Below are positions 48,253 to 56,896 of a stretch of 64,000 nucleotides of DNA, piece by piece. The notes below the pieces were generated by a model. The model worked only from the letters and a program-made list of their open reading frames with translations. It ran no database searches and had not been told where the DNA came from. Position 1 is the first letter of the stretch. Each line of letters begins with the position of its first letter. The position numbers were made by a program, and so were the translations under genes. Source of the DNA: a virus (lineage: Duplodnaviria > Caudoviricetes); the IMG/VR virus record IMGVR_UViG_3300032283_000554, positions 1-64,000 of that record; one strand, written 5' to 3'.

Positions 48253-49548
48253 TTATCCTATTACAACTACTCTATATTCTCCAGATGCTGGTGCAACTGC
48301 AAATTTAATAGTTACTACTGAATCTGATGTGTGCTCAACATCTGCCTCTATTTGTGCATATGGTGAAGCAACTTCATAAATGGCAGTCACTATGTCTTTT
48401 GTACCTAAATTGTGAGTTACCGTATAAGATGTTGCTGAAGTATTAAGAGTTGTTTTATACTTTCTTGTTATCTCATGGTAATTTGTGCCATCATTTGTTA
48501 ATGTCCATTGATCTGCCGTTTCGTTCCATAGAAGCTCTACGTCTGCAGAGGTTCCACGGTTTACCTTTACTCCAGCATCTGCTGAAGGTGCGCCAGTGAC
48601 GTTGGTATTAAGAACTACCTTATTGTCAACAATATTAACTTCTGTTGTGCTTATAGAGTTAATAGATCCTTGAACATCAAGGTTTCCACCAATGCTTAAG
48701 TTACCAGTAATTGATACATCATCTGGCAATCCAATAGTTACTGCTGCGGATTCTGATCCAGAGCCTGATACTGTAATTTCTCCAGATGTTCCTGCAATTG
48801 TTGAAACATAGCTTCCAGTTGTATCAGTTCCGAGGGCAACTGAGTTTGGCTCAATTGTAGTTGATATTGTAACATCACCCAAATTGGTCATTGTTGCAGA
48901 ACCAGCTACATCTCCTGAAAGTGTAATTACTGGATCTTTATTAAGAGACACTGCTCCTGCTGTAACTGTAAAGTCTGTTGAGCTAAATGAAGCTACACCC
49001 TTATTTGTATAGGTTGCATCTTCTGCAGATACTGTAATTGTATTATTTGTTACCGCTACATCGATGCCTTCTCCGCCAGCAACTGTAAGTGTGTCTGTAA
49101 GAAGATCAACTGTATCCGTTCCAGTATCTCCAGCAACTGAAAGGTTAGTTGCTACGTTTACTGTTCCTGCTGCAGTTAAACGACCTTGAGCGTCAACTGT
49201 AAATGTAGGAATTGCTGTTGTTGATCCATATGAACCAGCAGTTACAGATGTATTGTCTAAATCAATTGTTGTTGTTCCAGCTGGGTCACCGTATGTTGCT
49301 GTTAGCCCAACTCCGCCAACAATAGAAGCACCAATTACATCTTGTATAACTTCTGTGGAGCCAGACATCGGCATCCATGGACCGTTAGGTGATGATAGTC
49401 CATTGTAGTAATACATTGTGCTATTTGATGTATCGTAGTAAATCTGTCCAACTACTGGGTTTGAAGGCGCTGAGCCTAAGTTTTGGATTCTAGCATTGAG
49501 CAACTCATTCTTGTTGAGATCAACGCTAACTAAAAATTTTCTTGCCAT
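48253..49548 (-). CDS. Fibre-like virion protein
   Basis: MARKFL..DL.KNEL.NARIQNL..APS.P..GQIYY; V.AGSYG....TVDAQGRLT; C-terminal VTHNLGT...EYRVVVIG. Confidence 0.7.
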   Translation of the reverse strand: MARKFLVSVDLNKNELLNARIQNLGSAPSNPVVGQIYYDTSNSTMYYYNGLSSPNGPWMPMSGSTEVIQDVIGASIVGGVGLTATYGDPAGTTTIDLDNTSVTAGSYGSTTAIPTFTVDAQGRLTAAGTVNVATNLSVAGDTGTDTVDLLTDTLTVAGGEGIDVAVTNNTITVSAEDATYTNKGVASFSSTDFTVTAGAVSLNKDPVITLSGDVAGSATMTNLGDVTISTTIEPNSVALGTDTTGSYVSTIAGTSGEITVSGSGSESAAVTIGLPDDVSITGNLSIGGNLDVQGSINSISTTEVNIVDNKVVLNTNVTGAPSADAGVKVNRGTSADVELLWNETADQWTLTNDGTNYHEITRKYKTTLNTSATSYTVTHNLGTKDIVTAIYEVASPYAQIEADVEHTSDSVVTIKFAVAPASGEYRVVVIG

Positions 49549-49559
49549 TTGCTATCTCC

Positions 49560-50000
49560 TTATGACAGGTATGCTGTCCCTGAAAATGGTTGAGCCATTG
49601 TCAGTGTTATTTGGTTAGTGCTATTGTAATCTATTCCAGTTTCTAAAATATCTCCTGCGCTTGATTTGACTGTAACGTTTGGTTGATACCCAAGCCCATG
49701 ACTAATAACAACAGAATACACTCCTAGGGTTGGCCCAGTAACCTGAGCAAGCTCCCAAGAATAAGCTAGCGTATTGTTTGTTAAAAATATTTTCCTTGAT
49801 CCTGACCATGTTACATCAGAAACCTTTGGTCCGTGAAAAGCAGAAGATACCGTGTCATAATAAAAATCTCCAGTAAGTCCTAAATTTGCTGCTGGATCTC
49901 CAGATCCATTTAGAATAGTTCTTCCTCTTGGGCCTTGTGGTCCAGGTGAAGAGATTATGACTTTGTTTATTTGCTCTTTAACAACTACGGATTCTACCAT
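49560..50000 (-). CDS. Virion protein with short collagen-like GPQGPRG
   Basis: GPQGPRG..ILNGSG.P....G..GDFY; HGLGY.PNV. Confidence 0.6.
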   Translation of the reverse strand: MVESVVVKEQINKVIISSPGPQGPRGRTILNGSGDPAANLGLTGDFYYDTVSSAFHGPKVSDVTWSGSRKIFLTNNTLAYSWELAQVTGPTLGVYSVVISHGLGYQPNVTVKSSAGDILETGIDYNSTNQITLTMAQPFSGTAYLS

Positions 50001-50347
50001 TATATAGTCACCGACCTATTTAGGGTTATAAACCCTTCAAGGAGTTTTATTTTATTCGCATTAGTATCTACGACCATAATGTCATATACTGACTTTGGGT
50101 AAAAGAGTTTATTTGTTTGAGTTGGTGTAAGTGTTACAGTTACTTTTCCAAGGGGTCCATTTATTACTATACCGCCACTTGGAGATGTTAAAGTTACTGC
50201 TAGCTTTGTTCCACCTTTTACATCACGTACCTGCATTTTTGCAGATGCGCCAGTAAGATCAATCGCATTATCATTGTCGTCTTTATATTCTACTACAAAG
50301 CTGAATGTTGCATTTTGATCTACTTCGAAATTCTTTTGTCCTGCCAT
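50000..50347 (-). CDS. Ig-like (BppU/LtfC-like) virion protein
   Basis: DQNATF...IDLTG.SAKMQVR...YD....KLLEG. Confidence 0.6.
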   Translation of the reverse strand: MAGQKNFEVDQNATFSFVVEYKDDNDNAIDLTGASAKMQVRDVKGGTKLAVTLTSPSGGIVINGPLGKVTVTLTPTQTNKLFYPKSVYDIMVVDTNANKIKLLEGFITLNRSVTI

Positions 50348-50419
50348 TTGCCATAGTCTCCTAAATAGGAATACTCCTGTACTAATTTTAGCACAGGAGT
50401 ATTTCTAATTGACTATTTT

Positions 50420-50653
50420 TTACTTTTTGGTAAATCCGAACGATGGCTCGTTTGGATTAAGTGCTTTCAAAATTACGGGTGCTGTGGCAGCAAATCCGCC
50501 AAGTAGTAGGTCTCTTGGACTAGTGTTGCCAGTCATATATAGAGCAATTGCTGCTCCTAGAAAATGACGTCCATAACTTGCTAGTGCTGCTAGAATCTTC
50601 TCTTGCATTGTAACCTTTCCATCTCCATTAAGATCTTCTTTAGCTTTTGCCAT
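50420..50653 (-). CDS. Putative holin with N-terminal EF-hand-like loop
   Basis: 77 aa; two hydrophobic segments (SYGRHFLGAAIALY; LLLGGFAATAPVIL), LNP..P.FG tail; DLNGDGKVTMQE at N-terminus. Confidence 0.6.
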   Translation of the reverse strand: MAKAKEDLNGDGKVTMQEKILAALASYGRHFLGAAIALYMTGNTSPRDLLLGGFAATAPVILKALNPNEPSFGFTKK

Positions 50654-50725
50654 TTTTGATCCTCCTTATTTCTAGGCAGGAAGCCTAGGAATTTTGAGCC
50701 TTAGCCCAATTCTATAATTGTACCA

Positions 50726-52660
50726 CTATGCGCTAATATCTACCAATTCGCAATTTCCATCAGAGCTACAGGCAAGTGTTGCGTTTGTAGAAGTTCCATC
50801 CTCTGTCTCATAGAAAGATAGATCTTCCCAGCGAATGTTTTTAGGCATTTTTGCAACAACGGATTCGTACTCTGCCTTTTCTACTTCTTGATACGGAGCC
50901 TGCTTGTATGAGTGATCTGAATGCGGTAAAAATGAAATTCCAGACACTTCGTCAAAATGCTTGTATACCCAAGCTCCTACTTCCATCCATTCATCTTCTT
51001 TGACAGAAACGGTAATTGAAGGCTTATGTTCACACCAAGCACGTTGGTAAACTAGCCAAATATTTAGATGCTCAATAGCCGTTAAATCATTTCTTACAAT
51101 TGCGCCTTCTGGTGCTTTTACTGGAAAAGAAAAAACATATGTTTCGTTTGGTTTCATAAAATCATCTTCTACTGGAATTCCAACTTCTTTAAGAAATACA
51201 GAGATTGGATCACCCTTTGAGCCACGAACAGTTCTAATGTAGTAAGGAGAATGCCAAGCATGCATACCAGAAGAAACTCCAACTAGTTGAGACACGGTTC
51301 CTGATGGCTTTACACAAGTAATAGCTGCAGATTCTGGGATTCCAATTTTGTCTGCTTCTTTTTTATTTGTTTCTCTTGCTGATTCTCTAAGAGTCATTAA
51401 AAATGCTTCTAATGAAACAAGATCCTCTTTGCCTGACATAAACTTGTGTCCAAATTGCCCAGTTAAAGAAACTCCTAGTAGGCGCTCTTCTTCGGTGTTG
51501 TCTTTCCAAATTTTTCTAAGATACTTAAAGTCTGTAAGCGTTGATTGCCATGTTCCAAGGATAGTTGCAAGCTCAACCTTGCGTTCAATATCTTTCTTTG
51601 TATCACTTTCACGTAAAACGACTTCTGAAAGATTACAAAACTGGTAAGGACGTAAAATAATTTCTGAGCAGGGATTAGTTCCGTAGTGTATATCTGGATC
51701 TCTTCTTCCAAATTTTGCTGCCTGGGCTTGAGCTGCGGCCACATTGTATATACCTCGCTCTCCTGATTTTGAATCATAAAGTGATTTCCATTCTGCAATA
51801 AACTGCTCCATGTCTGGCTTGCGTGAATACGCAACAGAATTATTTGACAATGCTCGTTGTGGACTTTGTTCCCACCAGTTTCCTGATTTAGCTTGAGCCA
51901 TTTCTATGTCGTTAATATTTGAAAGAGAAATCATTGCCGAACGACGAACTCCTCCTACAACAACTACTTCACCAATCTTGCACATTATGTCATGGCATTC
52001 AATTGGCTTAAGACTTCTTCCTGCTGCATTTTTAAATTTTGCAATTGTAAAATCAAAAAGGTTCACCAGGGGCTGTGGACCAGATGATCTTCCACCCATT
52101 GTTTTAAGTCTTGCGCCTGCGGGACGAACTTTAGAAACATCTATTGCAGGAATCTGTCCTGACCAAAGTAGCGCTAGCAATTCACGGTATGCTTTTGCCC
52201 AACCCTGCTTTGAATCTTCTACTGTAATTACTGTAGTTGATTTTTCTAATGTTTCTGGGACGGCAGGAAGCTTATTAATATATTTATACTCAACAGAAAA
52301 TCCTACACCTGTACCGCACATAAGAATGTACATTGTCTCATCAAATGAACGTGGTGAATCAACTGGAAGGAATGCACAATTGTACCCAGCTACATTATCT
52401 CTATCTAACGCTGCTCCTGAAGTCATCACGGAGCGCATTGAGGGCATGACATTTCTTTGAAATACACCGTCTTTTAATTCCGCTACAAGCTTCTCAGTTG
52501 GAATGTAATTGTGGTTTTGCTTTAGATGATTCAAAATATAGTCAAAATATCTATCTACTGTTTCACCCCACGTTTCACGACGGTTCTCTTCTGGAATCCA
52601 TCTAGCGTAACGCGATAACGCAATAAAATTTTCGTAAGGGTTTGCAATAGTATTTGACAT
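50726..52660 (-). CDS. nrdJ: Class II (adenosylcobalamin-dependent) ribonucleotide reductase
   Basis: YNCAF, GVGFSVE, GGVRRSA, TNPCSEI, QFCNLSE, TCVKPSGTVSQL, C-terminal CSSDGNC; no small subunit adjacent. Confidence 0.9.
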   Translation of the reverse strand: MSNTIANPYENFIALSRYARWIPEENRRETWGETVDRYFDYILNHLKQNHNYIPTEKLVAELKDGVFQRNVMPSMRSVMTSGAALDRDNVAGYNCAFLPVDSPRSFDETMYILMCGTGVGFSVEYKYINKLPAVPETLEKSTTVITVEDSKQGWAKAYRELLALLWSGQIPAIDVSKVRPAGARLKTMGGRSSGPQPLVNLFDFTIAKFKNAAGRSLKPIECHDIMCKIGEVVVVGGVRRSAMISLSNINDIEMAQAKSGNWWEQSPQRALSNNSVAYSRKPDMEQFIAEWKSLYDSKSGERGIYNVAAAQAQAAKFGRRDPDIHYGTNPCSEIILRPYQFCNLSEVVLRESDTKKDIERKVELATILGTWQSTLTDFKYLRKIWKDNTEEERLLGVSLTGQFGHKFMSGKEDLVSLEAFLMTLRESARETNKKEADKIGIPESAAITCVKPSGTVSQLVGVSSGMHAWHSPYYIRTVRGSKGDPISVFLKEVGIPVEDDFMKPNETYVFSFPVKAPEGAIVRNDLTAIEHLNIWLVYQRAWCEHKPSITVSVKEDEWMEVGAWVYKHFDEVSGISFLPHSDHSYKQAPYQEVEKAEYESVVAKMPKNIRWEDLSFYETEDGTSTNATLACSSDGNCELVDISA

Positions 52661-52815
52661 TTATAGTACCTGTTTCTCCGCCTAGCGGTCTAATTTAATT
52701 TAAGTAGATTCCTATTCTACCAAACTTTTTTAAGCATGGGAAGAGCATTAAATTAAAAGTAAAAAAAACAGCCTTATTATTAGTTAACTAAAACAAAGAT
52801 AATATTATCTCTGGG

Positions 52816-52845
52816 TTGACAGATTAAACTTTTTAATGGTATTCT
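52816..52845 (+). promoter_or_regulatory. Sigma70/SigA-type promoter
   Basis: TTGACA-N18-TATTCT, with TG at the extended -10 position. Confidence 0.55.
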
Positions 52846-52863
52846 TATAGTTCGTTATCTCTA

Positions 52864-53439
52864 TTGGAGGAAATGCCTATGGAGAATATAAAAGAAAAAC
52901 TTAGCGATGTTTTACATCACTATGTTGCAATATCAGTAGCTGTATTGTTTTTATTTACTGGTCAACCAGAAATGATTCAATCAGCATCTGCTCTGGTTTT
53001 AAAACCAGATGTAAAAACCGAAGCACAACTTAACAAGGAAAAGCTGAAGCAATTCAGTAATACTGTGTGGAAACCATCTGAATCTTTAACAGATACAGAA
53101 TTGGTTGAACTTCTCGAAGCCGTAGGCTTTGAGGGTAGCGCCCTTAAAATGGCGTGGGCTGTGGCTAAAAAGGAGTCTAATGGACGCCCAATGGCTTATA
53201 ACGGCAACAGGAAAACTGGAGACAGTTCCTACGGAATTTTTCAGATCAACATGTTGGGAAACCTAGGTGATGATCGTAAAGAAAAATTCAAACTGGATAG
53301 TAACTACTCGTTATTTGATCCAGCAATCAACGCAGAGATAACGTATTATATGACCAATGGCGGTCAAGATTGGTCGTCATGGAAAGGCTTAACCGCTAAG
53401 ACAAAAGAGTGGATAAGCAAGTTTCCATCTAAAAGTTAG
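52864..53439 (+). CDS. Lysozyme-like / lytic transglycosylase with N-terminal membrane anchor
   Basis: AVAKKESNG...SYGIFQIN...LFDP.INA...W.SW; hydrophobic N-terminal segment. Confidence 0.8.
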   Translation: MEEMPMENIKEKLSDVLHHYVAISVAVLFLFTGQPEMIQSASALVLKPDVKTEAQLNKEKLKQFSNTVWKPSESLTDTELVELLEAVGFEGSALKMAWAVAKKESNGRPMAYNGNRKTGDSSYGIFQINMLGNLGDDRKEKFKLDSNYSLFDPAINAEITYYMTNGGQDWSSWKGLTAKTKEWISKFPSKS

Positions 53440-53451
53440 AAAGGATTTATC

Positions 53452-53673
53452 ATTAAGATACAACTAGTATCTGAATATCTAAACCTTTCAAGAGAAGGTC
53501 TTGTTTCAGAAATGGCTTGCCCATTAGATCAAGGCCTTCTCTTTTCTAACACAGACAACGAAGATAAAGTTTTTATTTATTGTGTTTCTTGTAAATACAA
53601 AAGCTATGTCGGTACAGCCCTTTATAGCAAAATGGTGAAAGAAATAGAAAATGCAGATAGAAAGCAAGTTTAA
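53452..53673 (+). CDS. Zn-ribbon-like protein with probable ATT start (not in ORF track)
   Basis: GAAAGGA RBS 6 nt before ATT; open 73 codons IKIQLVSEYL...CPLD...YCVSCKY; fills the gap between neighbours. Confidence 0.6.
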   Translation: MKIQLVSEYLNLSREGLVSEMACPLDQGLLFSNTDNEDKVFIYCVSCKYKSYVGTALYSKMVKEIENADRKQV

Positions 53674-53845
53674 CAAAGACTTAGTTTTAGATATGTCTTC
53701 TAATATTCCATGTGCACATATACCTAGAGCATTTCTTGCTGAAAAAGCATTAAATGTTATACAGTCATATTTAGAGCTAGCTAAAGTTCGCGGCTTAAAT
53801 ACAATTGATGAAGTGCTTGAAGATATAAAAGCAAAAAATGACTGA
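53651..53845 (+). CDS. Hypothetical protein
   Basis: 64 aa in an overlapping operon. Confidence 0.55.
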   Translation: MQIESKFNKDLVLDMSSNIPCAHIPRAFLAEKALNVIQSYLELAKVRGLNTIDEVLEDIKAKND

Positions 53846-54041
53846 AACTAATTCTAGCAACCTAGAAGACAATCTTCCTATGGTAAATTACATAATGCTT
53901 CATAGAATATATGACGTATTATGCCTAATTGCAAAACAGGGTGGGGATGTTAAAGAAATAGAGAAAATGGTAGAATATCATAAAGAAGGATTCTTGCTGG
54001 GACCTTCCCCAGCATTTATTTCTGAGGAGAATAATGAATAG
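53838..54041 (+). CDS. Hypothetical protein
   Basis: 67 aa; LEDNLPMVNYIMLHRIYD; overlapping operon. Confidence 0.65.
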   Translation: MTETNSSNLEDNLPMVNYIMLHRIYDVLCLIAKQGGDVKEIEKMVEYHKEGFLLGPSPAFISEENNE

Positions 54042-54219
54042 AGAAGAAATAATTGACCTCATGACTGAGGTTTTTAGCGAAACAAATAAGAGCATGGCTC
54101 TGGCAAGCGGGATGGAAGAAGCTGAAGTAGATAAATTTATTGAACAAAGCACTCCCTCTATTAATCATGCCTTGAGTGCTGTTTATGATGTGCTTCTTGA
54201 AAAAGAGCTTGTTAAATAG
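54034..54219 (+). CDS. Hypothetical protein
   Basis: 61 aa; GAGGAG RBS. Confidence 0.65.
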   Translation: MNREEIIDLMTEVFSETNKSMALASGMEEAEVDKFIEQSTPSINHALSAVYDVLLEKELVK

Positions 54220-54221
54220 TA

Positions 54222-54330
54222 TTGCTTTGTCAAAAAACATGTACTACAATATAAGTGTGTGATATTAATTACACTATGCGGATATAACGCAACAAATACC
54301 CTAAAGGATCCGCCTCCTTTAGGGTTTTTT
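54222..54330 (+). ncRNA. Candidate small RNA (~75 nt) with own promoter and terminator
   Basis: TTGCTT-N17-TACAAT (54222-54250); three hairpins, the last an 11-bp stem with T-run (54298-54330); no convincing ORF. Confidence 0.45.
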
Positions 54331-54344
54331 GTTTAAGGGGTAAA

Positions 54345-54977
54345 ATGGACTCATATTTAAGCAGATGGACAGAAGATAAAGATTTTGTAAAACTTCATAA
54401 CGATTTTAATTTAATATGCAACATAAACAATGTTATGGATAACGCTTTGTATGCAAGAATATACATACTTAGACAATTAGCAAAATACCAATCTGTAGTC
54501 AACCCTAATTTAAATTTTGCTGAGACTGGCGTTTATGCTGGAATGACAATGTTTTTTACCGCCGAGTTTTGCAATAAATCTTTTATAGGAATTGATTCTT
54601 GGGAAGGTGTTTCTGAACCAGGAGAATTTGATACAGAGTACTTTAAAACAATAAAATTAAAATCTGAAATGGCGTGGGCAAAAAATAACCTTTCAAGGTA
54701 CAACAATATAGAATTAAAAAAGGGGTGGATCCCAGAAGTTTTTAAAGACATAGAAGATAAACAATATTCATTTGTGCACGTAGATGTAGACCTACATAAA
54801 CCTACAAAAGAATCCATAGAATACTTTTGGCCTAAAATAGTTTCTGGAGGAGTGTTAATATGTGATGACTATGGATCCTATAAAACAGAAGGATCTAGAA
54901 AAGCTGTTAATGACTATTTTGAAAATCACAACATACTTGAGCTTCCTACTGGCCAAGCTATTATATGGAAGAAATGA
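54345..54977 (+). CDS. TylF/MycF (NovP)-family O-methyltransferase
   Basis: ETGVYAG...IDSWEG...KGWIPE...FVHVDVDL...GGVLICDDYG. Confidence 0.85.
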   Translation: MDSYLSRWTEDKDFVKLHNDFNLICNINNVMDNALYARIYILRQLAKYQSVVNPNLNFAETGVYAGMTMFFTAEFCNKSFIGIDSWEGVSEPGEFDTEYFKTIKLKSEMAWAKNNLSRYNNIELKKGWIPEVFKDIEDKQYSFVHVDVDLHKPTKESIEYFWPKIVSGGVLICDDYGSYKTEGSRKAVNDYFENHNILELPTGQAIIWKK

Positions 54978-54989
54978 TACAATAATACT

Positions 54990-55640
54990 ATGACTACTTG
55001 GCTAAAAAAAGAATTTGAAGATAGTGGATATACTGTAGAAACTCCTATTGATGGGCTTCTTGTTGTTAAAAATTTTATAACAGAAGAAGAAATTAAGATA
55101 TACATGGATATTATTAATAACACAACTGAAGAAGAATGGGATAAGTGGTATACAGACCAGCTAAAAGTTTTCTGTAAACAAAAATTTGGAAGAGAAGATG
55201 TTGAAAATTTAGTTAAAGAAGGTTTGTACGAAATAACATCAAATTGGAACGACAAAAATCTTTCCTTTATAAACTCAGAAATTCATAGAAGAATAGATAA
55301 AAGATTTAACGACGTTCTTGAAAAATCTAAAGAGGATTTGATTTTAAGTGGGTTCTATTTTATTCAAAGAATGTACGATGGAACTCAGTTAGTTTCTCAT
55401 CATGATCAAAACACAGACGGATCAGTTCAACACGCTGCAGTTATATATATAAATAATGACTACAACGGTGGTGAAATTTTTTGGGCCCATAAGGATTTTG
55501 AAATGACTCCAGAGCCTGGTGATCTTTTATTATTTGGTGGGGATCCAGAATGGGAACACGGAGTAAGGTTTGTAACATCAGGACCTATGAGATATGTTCT
55601 TCCAGGATTTATAAAGATACCTAATTTTTACAAAAATTAA
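54990..55640 (+). CDS. 2OG-Fe(II) oxygenase (prolyl 4-hydroxylase-like)
   Basis: HHD...YINNDYNGGEI...P..GDLLLF...HGV...RY; leaderless TGATACAAT. Confidence 0.85.
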   Translation: MTTWLKKEFEDSGYTVETPIDGLLVVKNFITEEEIKIYMDIINNTTEEEWDKWYTDQLKVFCKQKFGREDVENLVKEGLYEITSNWNDKNLSFINSEIHRRIDKRFNDVLEKSKEDLILSGFYFIQRMYDGTQLVSHHDQNTDGSVQHAAVIYINNDYNGGEIFWAHKDFEMTPEPGDLLLFGGDPEWEHGVRFVTSGPMRYVLPGFIKIPNFYKN

Positions 55641-55646
55641 TTTTTG

Positions 55647-56198
55647 TTAAGATAGAGTAACGCACAAAATAAGAGAATCTTCTTCTCCTGAATTTGATAT
55701 ATCTTCATTATAAGGGCTTGTAAGAATGCAGTATGCTTCATTAGCACCAAAAGTTTTTTCTGGGAAAGTGCTTGTCTTTAAACTTCCGTCTAATACAATA
55801 AAAAGCTTATATTGCTCATCGCTGTCATCCACTACTTCTGATTCATAAAAAACACTATTTGTATACGTAAATGGTTCAGAGTTAGAGTAAGCAATTGTAT
55901 AATATTTGCTGACTGTTGGGAAAGAACCATTTTTTGTCTGAAAAAGATCTGCAAGTTTTGTTCTAGTTTCAACAAAAATAGGTTTTACTAAAAATCTTGA
56001 ATGAGAATAAACAGTCTTAGTCACATTACCATCAACTTCAACATGCTTCTCTTCATCTGTTGCAGTATTAAGCCAATCTTTGAGTGCAGATATATCTGCT
56101 TCCGTCATAGTGAGCAGAAAAGTTTCTTTTGCTGCAACATATGCCCCTGTTATTGCTGGTTCATCTCCAGCGTGAGTTACGTCGTCTAGTATTCCCAT
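55647..56198 (-). CDS. Hypothetical protein (possibly degenerate DSBH fold)
   Basis: Start set at MGILDD (TAATG overlap); beta-rich C-terminal half without an HxD motif. Confidence 0.6.
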   Translation of the reverse strand: MGILDDVTHAGDEPAITGAYVAAKETFLLTMTEADISALKDWLNTATDEEKHVEVDGNVTKTVYSHSRFLVKPIFVETRTKLADLFQTKNGSFPTVSKYYTIAYSNSEPFTYTNSVFYESEVVDDSDEQYKLFIVLDGSLKTSTFPEKTFGANEAYCILTSPYNEDISNSGEEDSLILCVTLS

Positions 56199-56491
56199 TA
56201 GTTTGCTACCTTCCATTCTTCAAATGCTTGAATATCTTCTTGTGTTCCAAAATTTGTAACTAAATACTCTTGAGATTCTCTGATCTTTGCAATCTGGTCT
56301 TCTTCAGACAATTCTGCAAGTCCTAGGTTTTCCTGGTATGCAATTGTTAGATTTCCATCTCTAATTGCTTCATCAGTATCTTCTTTAGACATTGATTCGT
56401 TGGCTGCTTTAAATTCTGCAATTAATGCAACGTCAAACTTTGCCCAAATTGCTTGAACTCTATCTGCAGTAAGTGTTTTGAAAAATCCCAT
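56198..56491 (-). CDS. Hypothetical acidic protein
   Basis: 97 aa; AAAGGAG RBS. Confidence 0.65.
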   Translation of the reverse strand: MGFFKTLTADRVQAIWAKFDVALIAEFKAANESMSKEDTDEAIRDGNLTIAYQENLGLAELSEEDQIAKIRESQEYLVTNFGTQEDIQAFEEWKVAN

Positions 56492-56586
56492 TATGTATCT
56501 CCTTTAATTTTTAAGAATAAGTATATTATACCCTACATATTCTACAGATTCAATCTTAAAAAGTGCGGCGAAAAGTGAGCCGAAAA

Positions 56587-56736
56587 TTAGAGACCATCAT
56601 TTTCACCTTCATATAAACTTCTCAAATACTCCATATGAGCTAGCTTTTGTTCCTCAGAGCCAATTTTATGCTCTACTGGTACACCAGCCCATAGAATAAA
56701 AAAGAGGGCGGAAAGAGGAACATCATAAGCTATCAT
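56587..56736 (-). CDS. Small hypothetical protein (49 aa)
   Basis: MIAYDVPLSALFFILWAG...; TATAAT 6 nt before ATG. Confidence 0.5.
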   Translation of the reverse strand: MIAYDVPLSALFFILWAGVPVEHKIGSEEQKLAHMEYLRSLYEGENDGL

Positions 56737-56754
56737 ATTAGTATTATACTCCAT

Positions 56755-56768
56755 GTTTCACGTGAAAC
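56755..56768. promoter_or_regulatory. parS: parS site (ParB-binding palindrome)
   Basis: Perfect 14-bp GTTTCACGTGAAAC; 15/16 match to TGTTTCACGTGAAACA; intergenic. Confidence 0.8.
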
Positions 56769-56777
56769 CAATTAGGC

Positions 56778-56882
56778 CTAGATATTAAAAAATAGGAAGA
56801 TCGATATAACAAGAAAGCAAAGTGCAATAAATCTGATCTTCTTTTTTCTTGGCCATTCATCTGGCACTCTTACTTGATCCAT
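56778..56882 (-). CDS. Small membrane peptide (34 aa)
   Basis: MDQVRVPDEWPRKKKIRFIALCFLVISIFLFFNI*; AAGGAG RBS. Confidence 0.55.
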   Translation of the reverse strand: MDQVRVPDEWPRKKKIRFIALCFLVISIFLFFNI

Positions 56883-56896
56883 ATTCTACTCCTTTG

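Noticed and set aside
22-52460. Numerous short plus-strand ORFs in the track
   Set aside because: They lie wholly antisense to long, coherent minus-strand genes; likely spurious
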